DNA of 63,914 nucleotides, counting the filler. It is 7 parts of 7 records of this genome, joined end to end, with 100 filler letters (N's around TTAATTAATTAA, not from the genome) between each part and the next. Parts side by side here need not be neighbours in the genome. Positions count along the whole stretch, not along the records: positions 6,416 to 22,170 come from SRR31147125_9494; positions 22,271 to 30,207 come from SRR31147125_9507; positions 30,308 to 38,902 come from SRR31147125_9508; 4 more parts are not named here. One strand, written 5' to 3'. The notes under the pieces were generated by a model that saw nothing but the letters and a program-made list of their open reading frames with translations, had not been told where the DNA came from and did no database searches. This document shows, piece after piece, positions 20,407 to 30,666 of the stretch (positions within the stretch are counted from its first letter, which is position 1; each line of letters starts with the position of its first letter). The position numbers were made by a program, and so were the translations under genes.

Positions 20407-21846
20407 TTAATCAACATCAATAAGTGATTCCGCCACCTTTTCCCTCTTCACCCCAAACTTTACAAAAAACAACACAAATGCCCCAACAGCCAGAACAATC
20501 CCGATAATATTGGATATAACATATGGCAGTGAAAAACCAATTGGCGCCTGCATAATAAAAGCAATACTGATAGCTGTCATAAAGGTCGCCGGTATCGAGG
20601 CAATCCAGTGCAATTTGCTTTCTTTGGCCAGAAATATAGCTGCAGACCACAATACCAGCATGGCCAAAGTTTGATTGGCCCAGCCAAAATAGCGCCAGAT
20701 CACCTGAAAATCCTGGGTTGAGATAACAAACGCAATGACAAAAAGCGGTACGGCAATGGCCAGCCGCTTTATCGCCTTGGATTGTCTCAGTTTGAAAATT
20801 TCCGCGATGATAAGCCGCGTACTCCGAAATGCCGTATCCCCGCTGGAAATGGGCAGGATGATCACACCCAGAATGGCCAGGATACCCCCAACAGGACCCA
20901 ATAGTGTTGTCGCCGTCTCGTTTACCACTGCTGAAGGCGTACCCGAAGCAATGACCGCCTTTAACGCTTCCGGTGACTTGTAAAAAGACAATCCCACCGT
21001 CGCCCAGATAAGAGCAATAACACCCTCTGCGATCATGGCGCCGTAGAAAACGAGTCGCCCATGTTTTTCTGTCTTTATACACCTGGCCATAAGTGGTGAC
21101 TGGGTGGAATGAAATCCACTGATGGCGCCACAGGACAATGTAATAAAAAGCAAGGGCCAGATAGGTTTGCCATTCGGATTAGTATTGACGGTAAAATCCA
21201 TATTGGGTAAAATATCATAATTTTTAAAAATCAGTGCACCGGCCACACCAAAAGTCATAAAAAGCAGCAGGATTCCAAACAGGGGGTACAATTTGCTAAT
21301 GAGTTTGTCTATAGGCAAAATGGTCGCGGCAAAATAATAGGCAAAAATCAATACGATAATCAGGCTGGTATTCACATTGGTCAGATTACTCAGAAGTTTG
21401 GCCGGACTCAGGACAAACACCACGCCAACCAGTAACAACAGCACAATAGAAAAAACCCTCATGACCTGCCTGGCCGGCATTCCGAGAAAATCACCCACCA
21501 CCTCCGGGATACTTTCGCCTCCATTTCGTACCGACAGCATACCGCTGAAAAAATCATGTACACCACCGGCAAATATACAGCCAATAACAATCCACAATAG
21601 TGCGGATGGACCGTACAAGGCACCGAGAATAGGACCAAAAATAGGCCCGATACCGGCAATATCCAGCAGCTGGATAAAAAACACTTTCCACGTCGGCAAA
21701 GCTATATAATCAACACCATCGCCCTGACTCATGGCAGGTGTGGGCCGGTCCTTATCCAGACCAAAAATAGACGCGACAAACCTGCCATAAAAGACGTACC
21801 CCAGAATAAGCAGCAAAAGGCAAACAAAAAACGTAAACACAGCCAT
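20407..21846 (-). CDS. cstA: Carbon starvation protein A family transporter
   Basis: DGVDY, IAGIGPIFGP, GGVHD, CGAISGFHSTQSP and WRYFGWANQ motifs. Confidence 0.93.
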   Translation of the reverse strand: MAVFTFFVCLLLLILGYVFYGRFVASIFGLDKDRPTPAMSQGDGVDYIALPTWKVFFIQLLDIAGIGPIFGPILGALYGPSALLWIVIGCIFAGGVHDFFSGMLSVRNGGESIPEVVGDFLGMPARQVMRVFSIVLLLLVGVVFVLSPAKLLSNLTNVNTSLIIVLIFAYYFAATILPIDKLISKLYPLFGILLLFMTFGVAGALIFKNYDILPNMDFTVNTNPNGKPIWPLLFITLSCGAISGFHSTQSPLMARCIKTEKHGRLVFYGAMIAEGVIALIWATVGLSFYKSPEALKAVIASGTPSAVVNETATTLLGPVGGILAILGVIILPISSGDTAFRSTRLIIAEIFKLRQSKAIKRLAIAVPLFVIAFVISTQDFQVIWRYFGWANQTLAMLVLWSAAIFLAKESKLHWIASIPATFMTAISIAFIMQAPIGFSLPYVISNIIGIVLAVGAFVLFFVKFGVKREKVAESLIDVD

Positions 21847-22141
21847 CCTCCTATCGGATCATCAGAATATTTTACTTATGAGTCTATTTATTTTTATGGG
21901 TCAATGGCATGTTTTGTTTGGTGACCATCGGCTCAGTGGTTCTACATTTAATGATTCAATATAAAATAAAAAATATGGCAGGATACGTTATTGGAAATGA
22001 TCCACTTGAAATCAATCCGGCTTTATGTTATGAAACTTAAAGACCGTCTTCGAATGAATTATTTGGTGGTACCAATTCCAGATTAATTAACAAAATTAAA
22101 CAACAAATATCTACACTTTTTTTGAAGATTATTCTAGCCCA

Positions 22142-22168
22142 TTTGGAGTGCAATGACTGTGTCATTGC
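22142..22168. repeat. REP-like hairpin, copy at contig end
   Basis: TTTGGAGTGCAATGAC-TGT-GTCATTGC. Confidence 0.7.
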
Positions 22169-22170
22169 TT

Positions 22171-22270
22171 NNNNNNNNNNNNNNNNNNNNNNNNNNNNNN
22201 NNNNNNNNNNNNNNTTAATTAATTAANNNNNNNNNNNNNNNNNNNNNNNNNNNNNNNNNNNNNNNNNNNN
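22171..22270. other. Artificial contig-joining spacer
   Basis: 100 nt N/TTAATTAATTAA/N. Confidence 0.98.
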
Positions 22271-22301
22271 GAATACAAACGAAATAAACAATTTTAATGA
22301 A

Positions 22302-22751
22302 ATGAAATTGAAAATTAATTGGGGAGGCGGAATTGTTATTGCAATCATTGTTATGGTGACAGGAATGTTGGTATTGGTTTTTATTGCCACAAGGCAAGAC
22401 TATTTTCTGGTAGAAAAAGATTATTATCAAAAAGCAGTGAACTATCAGGATCAAATTGATAAAATCAACAATGCAAATTTGCTTAAAGAAAAAGTTTCTA
22501 TTAACTATATTGACCAATCACTAATAATTCAGTTTCCAAAGATATTTCAGAATCAGCCTCTTGAAGGAAAAATTGTTTTATATAGCCCAGTGAATGAAAA
22601 ATTAGATGCCACCCTTACATTAAAACTGGACAGTGCTCTAATGCAACTAATTTCATTAAAAGAGATACCGGAAGGTAGATATAAAGTAAAACTGGATTGG
22701 ATCGGAAATGAAAAATCATTTTATCAGGAAATGGAACTAATTCATCAATAA
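22302..22751 (+). CDS. fixH: FixH/CcoH family protein
   Basis: NWGGGI, single TM helix, LVEKDYY...YQ.QID, G.YKVKLDW. Confidence 0.85.
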   Translation: MKLKINWGGGIVIAIIVMVTGMLVLVFIATRQDYFLVEKDYYQKAVNYQDQIDKINNANLLKEKVSINYIDQSLIIQFPKIFQNQPLEGKIVLYSPVNEKLDATLTLKLDSALMQLISLKEIPEGRYKVKLDWIGNEKSFYQEMELIHQ

Positions 22752-23470
22752 TGATTGATTTAATAACACCTTTATCAATAGGACTTATAGGTAGTTTTCA
22801 CTGTATTGGAATGTGTGGACCAATTGCAGTTTCACTACCGTTAAAAAACCATAGTTATCTTGCTAAAATTTCTGGTGCATTAATATACAATCTAGGAAGA
22901 AGCGTTACATATGCTATTTTGGGTTTCTTTTTCGGGTTACTAGGACAAGGTATTCAATTGGCTGGTTTTCAGCAATGGACTTCAATAGCCTTAGGAATTC
23001 TAATGATTGCAGGTGTTCTTTTTCCCTATTTTTTCAAACATAAAATTAACATCACATCCATATTTACCGGTTATGCGGGTCGACTGATCAGCAGCCTGAA
23101 AAAATTGTTTTCAATACGTTCTTATAAATCATTACTCGGTATCGGTTTACTTAACGGATTGTTGCCGTGCGGGTTGGTATATGTTGCAATTGCAGGGGCA
23201 ATCAACACCAATGAAGTTTTTTCGGGATCTCTTTTCATGGCATTGTTTGGATTAGGAACCATTCCAATGATGGTTCTGGTTTCTCTAACAGGAAACATGA
23301 TCAGCTCGAAACTCAGATCAGGAATGCGAAAAGTAGTTCCCTATTTCATCATTCTATTGGGAATTTTATTTATACTCAGGGGGCTTTCATTGGGTATTCC
23401 ATATGTGAGTCCAAAAATAGAAAAGCTTACTCCTGCAGAAAGAACCATAGAGGATAGTTGTTGTCACTAA
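22751..23470 (+). CDS. DsbD_2/TauE-SafE family membrane protein (cbb3 oxidase biogenesis-associated)
   Basis: SFHCIGMCGP, YNLGR, NGLLPCGLVY and FGLGT motifs. Confidence 0.88.
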   Translation: MIDLITPLSIGLIGSFHCIGMCGPIAVSLPLKNHSYLAKISGALIYNLGRSVTYAILGFFFGLLGQGIQLAGFQQWTSIALGILMIAGVLFPYFFKHKINITSIFTGYAGRLISSLKKLFSIRSYKSLLGIGLLNGLLPCGLVYVAIAGAINTNEVFSGSLFMALFGLGTIPMMVLVSLTGNMISSKLRSGMRKVVPYFIILLGILFILRGLSLGIPYVSPKIEKLTPAERTIEDSCCH

Positions 23471-23680
23471 AACATTGAATTTTAATTACAAAAGAAGAAA
23501 TTAAATAGTACATTGAGATTTCAATTAAAAAAGAAAAAAACAATTAAGAAAAGTGAACTTCAAAAAAATATCAGTTTTATTGTTTTTTCATAAACATTCG
23601 GATGTTTTTTTGGTTTGTAATAGTTGATAAAGTAATAGGTAGATAGGTTTGAACAAAATAAAACCATAAGTCAAATAAGT

Positions 23681-24472
23681 ATGCGGCAGTGCCCAAAAAT
23701 TATCATTATTTTATTCATCTTCTTGTTTCAATCAGCTTTTGGACAAGAGACAGTTTTCAATCAAGACCCAAAAGATCCTGAAATTGGAGTTGTTGAGCAT
23801 TTAGATGACTTTTTACCAGCCGACATTTATCTTCTGAGTGAAGATTCACAGAAAGTTGTACTGACCGATTTAATAGACAAACCAACTATTCTGAATTTCG
23901 TTTATTTTCGATGTCCTGGTATTTGCAGTCCTTTAATGGAAGGCATTGCTGACGTAATGGACAAATCAGATTTAATTCCGGGTGAAGACTATCAAGTGCT
24001 AACCATTAGTTTTGACCCTACCGAGGGCATTGAACTTGCTCACCGCAAAAAAACGAATTACCTAAACTTGGTTAATAATAAAGATCAGATTGCTAAAGGA
24101 TGGAAATTCTTTGTTTCAGACAGTGCCAGTATTATTAAAGCCACTAATGCTGTTGGTTTTAATTACAAACGAACCGGAAATGATTTTTTGCATGCTGCAT
24201 CTGTAACAGTTATTAGCCCTGATGGAAAAATTACCCGTTACTTAAATGGGTTATATTTTTTACCTTTTGAATGGAAAATGGCCATTATCGAAGCGTCCAA
24301 AGGACAAAGTGGTCCTACAATTAATAAAATACTTCAGTTTTGTTATTCATACGACCCTGCCGGACAGACATATGTGCTTAACGTAACAAAAGTAGCAGGA
24401 ATACTGATTTTATTTTTTGCACTTATTATTTTCCTCTATCTTATTTTTAAACCTAAAAGAAAAAACAACTAA
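23681..24472 (+). CDS. SCO family copper chaperone
   Basis: CPGIC (CxxxC) and conserved His in FLHAA. Confidence 0.9.
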   Translation: MRQCPKIIIILFIFLFQSAFGQETVFNQDPKDPEIGVVEHLDDFLPADIYLLSEDSQKVVLTDLIDKPTILNFVYFRCPGICSPLMEGIADVMDKSDLIPGEDYQVLTISFDPTEGIELAHRKKTNYLNLVNNKDQIAKGWKFFVSDSASIIKATNAVGFNYKRTGNDFLHAASVTVISPDGKITRYLNGLYFLPFEWKMAIIEASKGQSGPTINKILQFCYSYDPAGQTYVLNVTKVAGILILFFALIIFLYLIFKPKRKNN

Positions 24473-24481
24473 CATATTAAT

Positions 24482-26095
24482 ATGCAAGCGACTTCAAAAA
24501 TCCCTACAGACATAAGTTACCTAAAATACAAGGGGAAGCACAAAGGATTATTAAGCTGGATTTTATCTACCGACCATAAACGAATTGCATTGCTTTATAT
24601 GTATTCAATGATGGTGTTGTTTTTAGTAGGAGTTATGTTGGGACTGGCAATGAAGCTGGAACTTATTGCTCCAGGCAAAACGATAATGGAAGCTAGTGAC
24701 TACAATGCTGTGTTTACTGTTCATGGGGTAATTATGATTTTCATGATTGTAATACCGGGCTTACCCGCAGTTTTTGGAAACTTCATGCTCCCGATTATGA
24801 TTGGAGCAAAAGATGTAGCTTTCCCAAAACTGAATCTATTTTCATGGTATGTATATATTGCCGGAGCTATTCTTGTTATTGCATCTCTAATTTTTGGCCC
24901 AGGCACTCCCGATACAGGATGGACATTTTATGCTCCATACAGTTTTAAAACAGGTACGAATATGCTACCTGCAATTTTTGGGGCTTTTGTTCTTGGTTTC
25001 TCATCCATTCTCACAGGTCTGAATTTTATCGTAACAATTCATCGTTTACGAGCACCTGGCATGAAATGGACCAAAATGCCACTTTTCCCCTGGACACTAT
25101 ACGGTACTGCATGGATTCAATTACTGGCAACTCCTGTAGTTGGAATTACCTTGGTGTTGGTTGCCCTGGAACGTATTTTTGGAATTGGGGTTTTTGATCC
25201 GGCACTAGGTGGTGACCCTATTTTATACCAGCACTTGTTCTGGATTTATTCTCACCCTGCTGTATATGTAATGATATTACCAGCGATGGGTGCCATTTCT
25301 GAAATTATTCCAACATTTTCTCAAAAACATATTTTTGGATACAATGCAATTATTGCCTCAACACTTGCAATCGCATTTGTAGGATATTTTGTTTGGGGAC
25401 ACCACATGTTTACTTCAGGCATGAGTGGAACAGCTCAATATACATTTTCCATTTTAACCTTCTTAGTTGCTATACCAAGTGCAATAAAAGTATTTAACTG
25501 GATTTCTACCATGTATAAAGGTTCTATACAATTAGAAACTCCTTTTTACTGGGCTGCATCATTTATTTTTATTTTTATGATCGGAGGTTTATCAGGGTTA
25601 GTTTTGGGAGCACTAGCAACTGACATTTATGTGCATGACACTGCATTTGTTGTTGCCCACTTTCACTTCATTGTTTTTGGTGGAGTTGGCTTCTCATTCC
25701 TTGGTGCAATCCACTATTGGTTTCCTAAAATTTATGGTCGTATGTACGAGAAGAGTTGGGCAAATGTAGGCTGGCTCACATTTACAATCGGATTCCTGGC
25801 ATTATATTCCCCTATGTTCTATTTGGGAATGCAAGGAATGCCACGACGTTATTACGATTATCTTGAAGAGTTCCATTCAGCAAATATACTTTCAACTTTA
25901 GGTTCGTGGGTAATGACCTTTGGGCTTGCAATTATTTTGATCAACCTATTCCGTTCAGCTAAGAACGGTAAAAAAGCAACCATAAATCCATGGAAAGGAA
26001 AAACACTTGAATGGAGCGTTCCTTCTCCACCTCCAGTTGAAAACTTTGATGAAGTTCCTGTTTACGGAGAAAAAGACGGACCTTACGAATATTAA
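24482..26095 (+). CDS. ctaD: Cytochrome c oxidase subunit I (A2 type)
   Basis: TDHKRI, HGVIMIF, YSHPAVY, WGHHMF, HDT.FVVAHFH and MPRRY motifs. Confidence 0.96.
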   Translation: MQATSKIPTDISYLKYKGKHKGLLSWILSTDHKRIALLYMYSMMVLFLVGVMLGLAMKLELIAPGKTIMEASDYNAVFTVHGVIMIFMIVIPGLPAVFGNFMLPIMIGAKDVAFPKLNLFSWYVYIAGAILVIASLIFGPGTPDTGWTFYAPYSFKTGTNMLPAIFGAFVLGFSSILTGLNFIVTIHRLRAPGMKWTKMPLFPWTLYGTAWIQLLATPVVGITLVLVALERIFGIGVFDPALGGDPILYQHLFWIYSHPAVYVMILPAMGAISEIIPTFSQKHIFGYNAIIASTLAIAFVGYFVWGHHMFTSGMSGTAQYTFSILTFLVAIPSAIKVFNWISTMYKGSIQLETPFYWAASFIFIFMIGGLSGLVLGALATDIYVHDTAFVVAHFHFIVFGGVGFSFLGAIHYWFPKIYGRMYEKSWANVGWLTFTIGFLALYSPMFYLGMQGMPRRYYDYLEEFHSANILSTLGSWVMTFGLAIILINLFRSAKNGKKATINPWKGKTLEWSVPSPPPVENFDEVPVYGEKDGPYEY

Positions 26096-26110
26096 AAAAA
26101 CGAAATACCT

Positions 26111-26728
26111 ATGTCACAAGTTATTCACCACGATGAACATTACGATCCGGAAGGATCGAAAATTGGAATGTGGCTGTTCATTTTTACAGAACTGCTTTTG
26201 TTTGGCGGGCTATTCATCGTTTATTCGGTTTATCGGTACATGAACCCTCAGGCTTTTCACATGGCAGCCGAAGAATTGAATGTTACCATTGGTGCTCTTA
26301 ACACGGTAATCCTTCTGGTAAGTAGTATGACAATTGCCATGTCAACTTCATCATTAATGAAAAAGCATAAAGCAACAACCATAGTGCTGCTGGAGGTAAC
26401 CTTTATGTTAGCATTGCTTTTTCTTATTAATAAATATTTTGAATGGGGCATTAAATTTGATCATGGAATATTCCCAGGGTCAGAATACATGAAGGCTGAA
26501 ATGAGTCAGGGAGAAATCCTATTCTTCGGCTTGTATTTCGTAATGACTGGATTACATGCATTGCATATTATCATTGGAATGGTTATTATGGGGTTTGCAC
26601 TGGTTCGAATTAAAAATGGAACAGTTCATCCTGAACGACCATCTTTGCTTGAAAATGCGGGGCTGTACTGGCATCTGGTAGATTTAATCTGGATTTTCCT
26701 ATTCCCACTTTTCTACTTAATCACTTAA
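26111..26728 (+). CDS. ctaE: Cytochrome c oxidase subunit III
   Basis: GMWLFIFTE, TGLHALH and YWHLVDLIW motifs. Confidence 0.93.
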   Translation: MSQVIHHDEHYDPEGSKIGMWLFIFTELLLFGGLFIVYSVYRYMNPQAFHMAAEELNVTIGALNTVILLVSSMTIAMSTSSLMKKHKATTIVLLEVTFMLALLFLINKYFEWGIKFDHGIFPGSEYMKAEMSQGEILFFGLYFVMTGLHALHIIIGMVIMGFALVRIKNGTVHPERPSLLENAGLYWHLVDLIWIFLFPLFYLIT

Positions 26729-26740
26729 TTGATCCGAGTT

Positions 26741-27025
26741 ATGGAAAATGAAAAACATCATATCGTACCATATCGTACATACATTATTGTTTTGCTGGTT
26801 CTTATTGCCCTTACTTTTATTTCAATCGGGATCACCGATATAGAATTAGGTAGCTTCACAGTTGCAGGTGCATTATTACTCGCTTCAATAAAATCATTTA
26901 TTGTGTTAACATACTTTATGCACTTAAAATACGACAAACCTTATATCATAGCAATGGTAGGTTTTGTTTTTGCCGTGTTTTTCGCTGTAATCATTATCAC
27001 ATTTATGGACTACTTTTTCAGATAA
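26741..27025 (+). CDS. ctaF: Cytochrome c oxidase subunit IV
   Basis: Three TM helices; K...V..YFMHLKYD. Confidence 0.88.
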   Translation: MENEKHHIVPYRTYIIVLLVLIALTFISIGITDIELGSFTVAGALLLASIKSFIVLTYFMHLKYDKPYIIAMVGFVFAVFFAVIIITFMDYFFR

Positions 27026-27030
27026 ATACT

Positions 27031-27972
27031 ATGTATATATTAGCATCAACCCAAGCCTCTAATTTTGTCACTGGTGTCGATCGGGCATTTCTGGTTATAC
27101 TCGGGATATCTTTTGTTTTTCTGATCGGGCTTACCTTTACAATGATTTGGTTTATTTATCGCTATAACAAAAAACGAAACCCAAAAGCAACCCAAATTAA
27201 AGGAAGCAATACGTTAGAGATTATCTGGACAGTAATTCCGACTATACTTGTTCTTATCATGTTTTATTATGGTTGGGCTGGCTGGAAACCAATGACAACC
27301 CCTCCTGATGACAGCTTTGAAATTACAGTAGTAGGTAGAATGTGGAATTTTACTTTTGAATATGAAAATGGAAAAAAAACGGATACACTTTTTATTCCAA
27401 AAGATAAACCTATTAAATTGAATTTAGTAGCATTGGATGTCATACATTCCGTATATATTCCAGCATTTAGAGTAAAAGAAGATGTGGTTCCGGGAAGAGA
27501 AAAATTCATGTGGTTTGAGCCACAGAAAGAGGGAATTTATGAATTGTTCTGTACTGAGTATTGTGGGCTTCAGCATTCATATATGTATAACTGGGTGAAG
27601 GTAATGCCTGAAGAAGATTTCAATAAATGGTACGTTGACACAACGCAACGAGCTGCCCTTGCAGTTGACTCACCCACGGCTTCAGGAAAGCGTATTATGA
27701 CAAACATTGGCTGCTTTGCCTGCCACTCGTTAGATGGCTCCAAACTCGTTGGACCAAGTTTTAAAGGGCTTTATGGTAAAGAAGAAGTTGTTGTTACCAA
27801 TAAAGAAGATCGCTTAATCGTAGTTGATGATGAGTATCTTACCCGCTCAATTTATGATCCAAATGCTGATTTAGTGAAAGGATTTAGTAAAGGGATGATG
27901 CTCTCTTATGAAGGTCAATTAACAGATGTTGAAGTTGGGCAAATTATTGAATACTTAAAAACTTTAAAATAA
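27031..27972 (+). CDS. ctaC: Cytochrome c oxidase subunit II with fused cytochrome c
   Basis: LEIIWT, DVIHS, CuA CTEYCGLQHSYM, heme c CFACH. Confidence 0.95.
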   Translation: MYILASTQASNFVTGVDRAFLVILGISFVFLIGLTFTMIWFIYRYNKKRNPKATQIKGSNTLEIIWTVIPTILVLIMFYYGWAGWKPMTTPPDDSFEITVVGRMWNFTFEYENGKKTDTLFIPKDKPIKLNLVALDVIHSVYIPAFRVKEDVVPGREKFMWFEPQKEGIYELFCTEYCGLQHSYMYNWVKVMPEEDFNKWYVDTTQRAALAVDSPTASGKRIMTNIGCFACHSLDGSKLVGPSFKGLYGKEEVVVTNKEDRLIVVDDEYLTRSIYDPNADLVKGFSKGMMLSYEGQLTDVEVGQIIEYLKTLK

Positions 27973-27976
27973 TACG

Positions 27977-28843
27977 TTGAGTATAAAACAATACATTCAG
28001 ATTATATTGCAACTGGGCAAAGCACGCATTTCTTTACCAGTAGCCTTTTCTGCACTTACAGGATATGTTCTAATTACCGGTACAATTGGTATTGATGGCC
28101 TTTATTTATTGCTTGGTGTTTTTTTAATGTCTAGTAGTTCTGGAGCAATCAATCATTGGCAAGAACACAAAATTGATGGCCGTATGCCCCGCACCCAGAA
28201 CCGCCCTATCCCGTCTGGGAAAATAACACCAGCTTTTGCGGTATGGGTATTTATAGCTTACTTCTTATTAGGAAGTTGGATTCTATTCATACATTTTCCT
28301 ATTCAGGCTTTAATTGCAAGTGTGTTAACCTTAGTTTCATATAATTTAATTTACACACCTCTAAAGAAAAAGACTGCTTTTGCAGTAGTTCCAGGATCAC
28401 TTGTCGGGGCATTGCCCCCCTACATAGGTTGGTTGGCTGCTGAAGGATCACTTTCACATCCTATGATATTTTGGGTTGCGAGCTTCTTTTTTATTGGACA
28501 AATTCCTCACTTCTGGTTGTTACTACTCATGTTTGGCAATGAATACAAACTTGTTGGTTATCCAAGCCTGAACGATATTTTCTCTGACAACCAAATTAAA
28601 CGATTAAGTTATACGTGGATACTGGCAACTATTGCCTCTGCTCTTATTATTGCTTTAAAAGTAATTGAGGGAAGTACTGCCATGTTCATCCTTATTTTTT
28701 ACATTTTCTACTTGCTCATTTCAATCACATTGCAATTATTAGTAAAAAAGAATCTCCACCCACGTCAAACATTCTTCAAACTAAACTTCCTATACTTGTT
28801 TATGATGCTTGCTTTAATCATTGACAGTCTCTTCCATCGTTAA
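27977..28843 (+). CDS. cyoE: Protoheme IX farnesyltransferase (heme O synthase)
   Basis: D.RM.RT..RPIPSG, YTPLKK, GALPP and QIPHFW motifs. Confidence 0.92.
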   Translation: MSIKQYIQIILQLGKARISLPVAFSALTGYVLITGTIGIDGLYLLLGVFLMSSSSGAINHWQEHKIDGRMPRTQNRPIPSGKITPAFAVWVFIAYFLLGSWILFIHFPIQALIASVLTLVSYNLIYTPLKKKTAFAVVPGSLVGALPPYIGWLAAEGSLSHPMIFWVASFFFIGQIPHFWLLLLMFGNEYKLVGYPSLNDIFSDNQIKRLSYTWILATIASALIIALKVIEGSTAMFILIFYIFYLLISITLQLLVKKNLHPRQTFFKLNFLYLFMMLALIIDSLFHR

Positions 28844-28914
28844 TGAACTTTTGATAAAATTCAACGTTCTAATATTGCGTTTTTATTTTTGAATGTGTAA
28901 TATTGATTTCAACC

Positions 28915-29390
28915 ATGAAAAATAAAGGAACTATGTTTATAACTGGTCTTATTTCAGGTGTTATCCTGACTGTATTAATCGTACTTTTTCTTGCTCCCAA
29001 AGTAATGTTTACTGTTTCTGAAAGCAAATATGACTTTGATAAAACCGCTGAAATCATTGCTGAATCAACAAAAGCAAACCAGTGGGCTATGCCTCATCAA
29101 TATGACTTACAGGCAACTATGGACAAACACGGTTTTAAGGTTAAACCAGTAAAAGTTTTCTCAGTATGTAAGCCAGACATTGCAGTTCGAATACTTGACA
29201 GTGACCCTGACAAACATGTTTCAGCCATGATGCCTTGCCGAATAGCTATTTATGAAAAAAGTGATGGTAAAACTTATGTTGCTCGCATGAATGCAGGTCT
29301 TTTTTCGAAACTTTTAGGTGGAAATGTTAAAGCTGTAATGGGAGATGCAGGAGATGATAGTGAAAAATTCTTGACCCACTATTTAATTAA
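28915..29390 (+). CDS. DUF302 domain protein (1-nt frameshift near the 3' end at A-run 29363-29367)
   Basis: VCKP..A and MMPCRIAIYE motifs; one extra A gives ...EKILDPLFN-stop and removes the overlap with the next gene. Confidence 0.8.
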
Positions 29391-29395
29391 CCAAA

Positions 29396-29704
29396 ATGAA
29401 ACAGTCTATATTATTGATCTTATTAATTGTTGTTTTTGGATTTTCATGCAATACAAATAAAACCAAGAAAGTTGAAGAGGCTACTGATATTGCTTCCGTT
29501 GAAATTGTTTATCATGTAGAAGGTATGACTTGCGATCACTGTGAAATGTCTATCCAGAAAGGTGTGAATAGTCTGGATGGAATCTCGGAAGTTATTGCCA
29601 ACCATGAGGACTCAACTACCAGAGTGGTTTTTGATCCTGCAAAAACGAATAAAAAGCAAATTATTGAAGCCATTAAAAAAAGAGGATATAATGTGATTGA
29701 GTAA
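29396..29704 (+). CDS. Heavy-metal-associated (CopZ-like) domain lipoprotein
   Basis: FGFSC lipobox-like; GMTCDHC metal motif. Confidence 0.85.
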   Translation: MKQSILLILLIVVFGFSCNTNKTKKVEEATDIASVEIVYHVEGMTCDHCEMSIQKGVNSLDGISEVIANHEDSTTRVVFDPAKTNKKQIIEAIKKRGYNVIE

Positions 29705-29734
29705 GAAACTTCTCAATCCATAATAAGCTAGAAT

Positions 29735-30207
29735 ATGTATAGAAAACTCACAATTATAGGTGCTACAGGAAAATTAGCAGTTCCAATTATAAATAGGCTA
29801 CAACAAAATGGAGTTGAAGTAACCGCCATTGTCCGAAATATTGAAAAGGCTCAGAAGGTACTACCAACTGGTATTGAAATTTTGGTTGCCGATTTAGAAA
29901 ACAAAGATTCACTTGCTAGTGCTCTACAAGGAACTGAATACCTGTATTTAAATCTCTCAGTTCATAATCCTGATGATAAATTTATTGCTGAAATTGATGG
30001 TGTTAAAAATATTATAGAGGCAGCGAAAGGAACTCCTCTTAAACAAATTCTGAAAATTTCAGGTATTGGGGCGTTATATCCTGAGTTCAATATAAAAGGT
30101 GAAATATACGATGCTAACGCAATACGTTCAATAGGTCATCAACTAATAAAGGACTCTGGTGTTGCTTACACCATTTTTCATCCAACTTGGTTTCTGAATG
30201 CCCTCCC
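29735..30207 (+). CDS. NAD(P)H-binding NmrA/SDR-like protein, 3'-truncated
   Basis: IIGATGKLA Rossmann motif; YTIFHPTWF. Confidence 0.85.
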
Positions 30208-30307
30208 NNNNNNNNNNNNNNNNNNNNNNNNNNNNNNNNNNNNNNNNNNNNTTAATTAATTAANNNNNNNNNNNNNNNNNNNNNNNNNNNNNNNNNNNNN
30301 NNNNNNN
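30208..30307. other. Artificial contig-joining spacer
   Basis: 100 nt N/TTAATTAATTAA/N. Confidence 0.98.
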
Positions 30308-30330
30308 TCACGCTGAGCGGAGCCGAAGCG
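30308..30330. repeat. Short interspersed repeat fragment at contig start
   Basis: TCACGCTGAGCGGAGCCGAAGCG resembles the common CTGAGC..AG.CGAAG intergenic repeat. Confidence 0.4.
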
Positions 30331-30472
30331 CCTGCCAGCTTTCAGGATTGTCTTTTGTAACAACCACAACAAAAGTAAGATATGCCAAATTTTCATCAAC
30401 CTCAGGGAATAAACACCGCACTCCTTTTCTGCACCTTACTGACAATATGTACATCTAACTTTAATAAAATAT

Positions 30473-30614
30473 TGCTGTAGAGATATCCACAAACAAGTGA
30501 AGAATATTCCACAGCATTTTACCTGTTTTATTTTTTTGAAAACGGCAAAGCCAGTGTTAATTTATTGATTTTTAACTGTTAAGACATTGTTTCTCTTGTT
30601 GGCATGGCATTTGT
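30473..30614 (+). promoter_or_regulatory. Putative sigma54 promoter with IHF site and paired upstream activator sites
   Basis: TGGCATGGCATTTGT at 30600-30614; AATCAATAAATTA on the minus strand at 30558-30570; paired GT..AGA.AT.CCACA-like sites at 30476-30491 and 30497-30513. Confidence 0.5.
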
Positions 30615-30666
30615 TTATTAACAGGTAAGTGGAAAAAGATTTAAATAAATTTTACAAAGGTCAATT

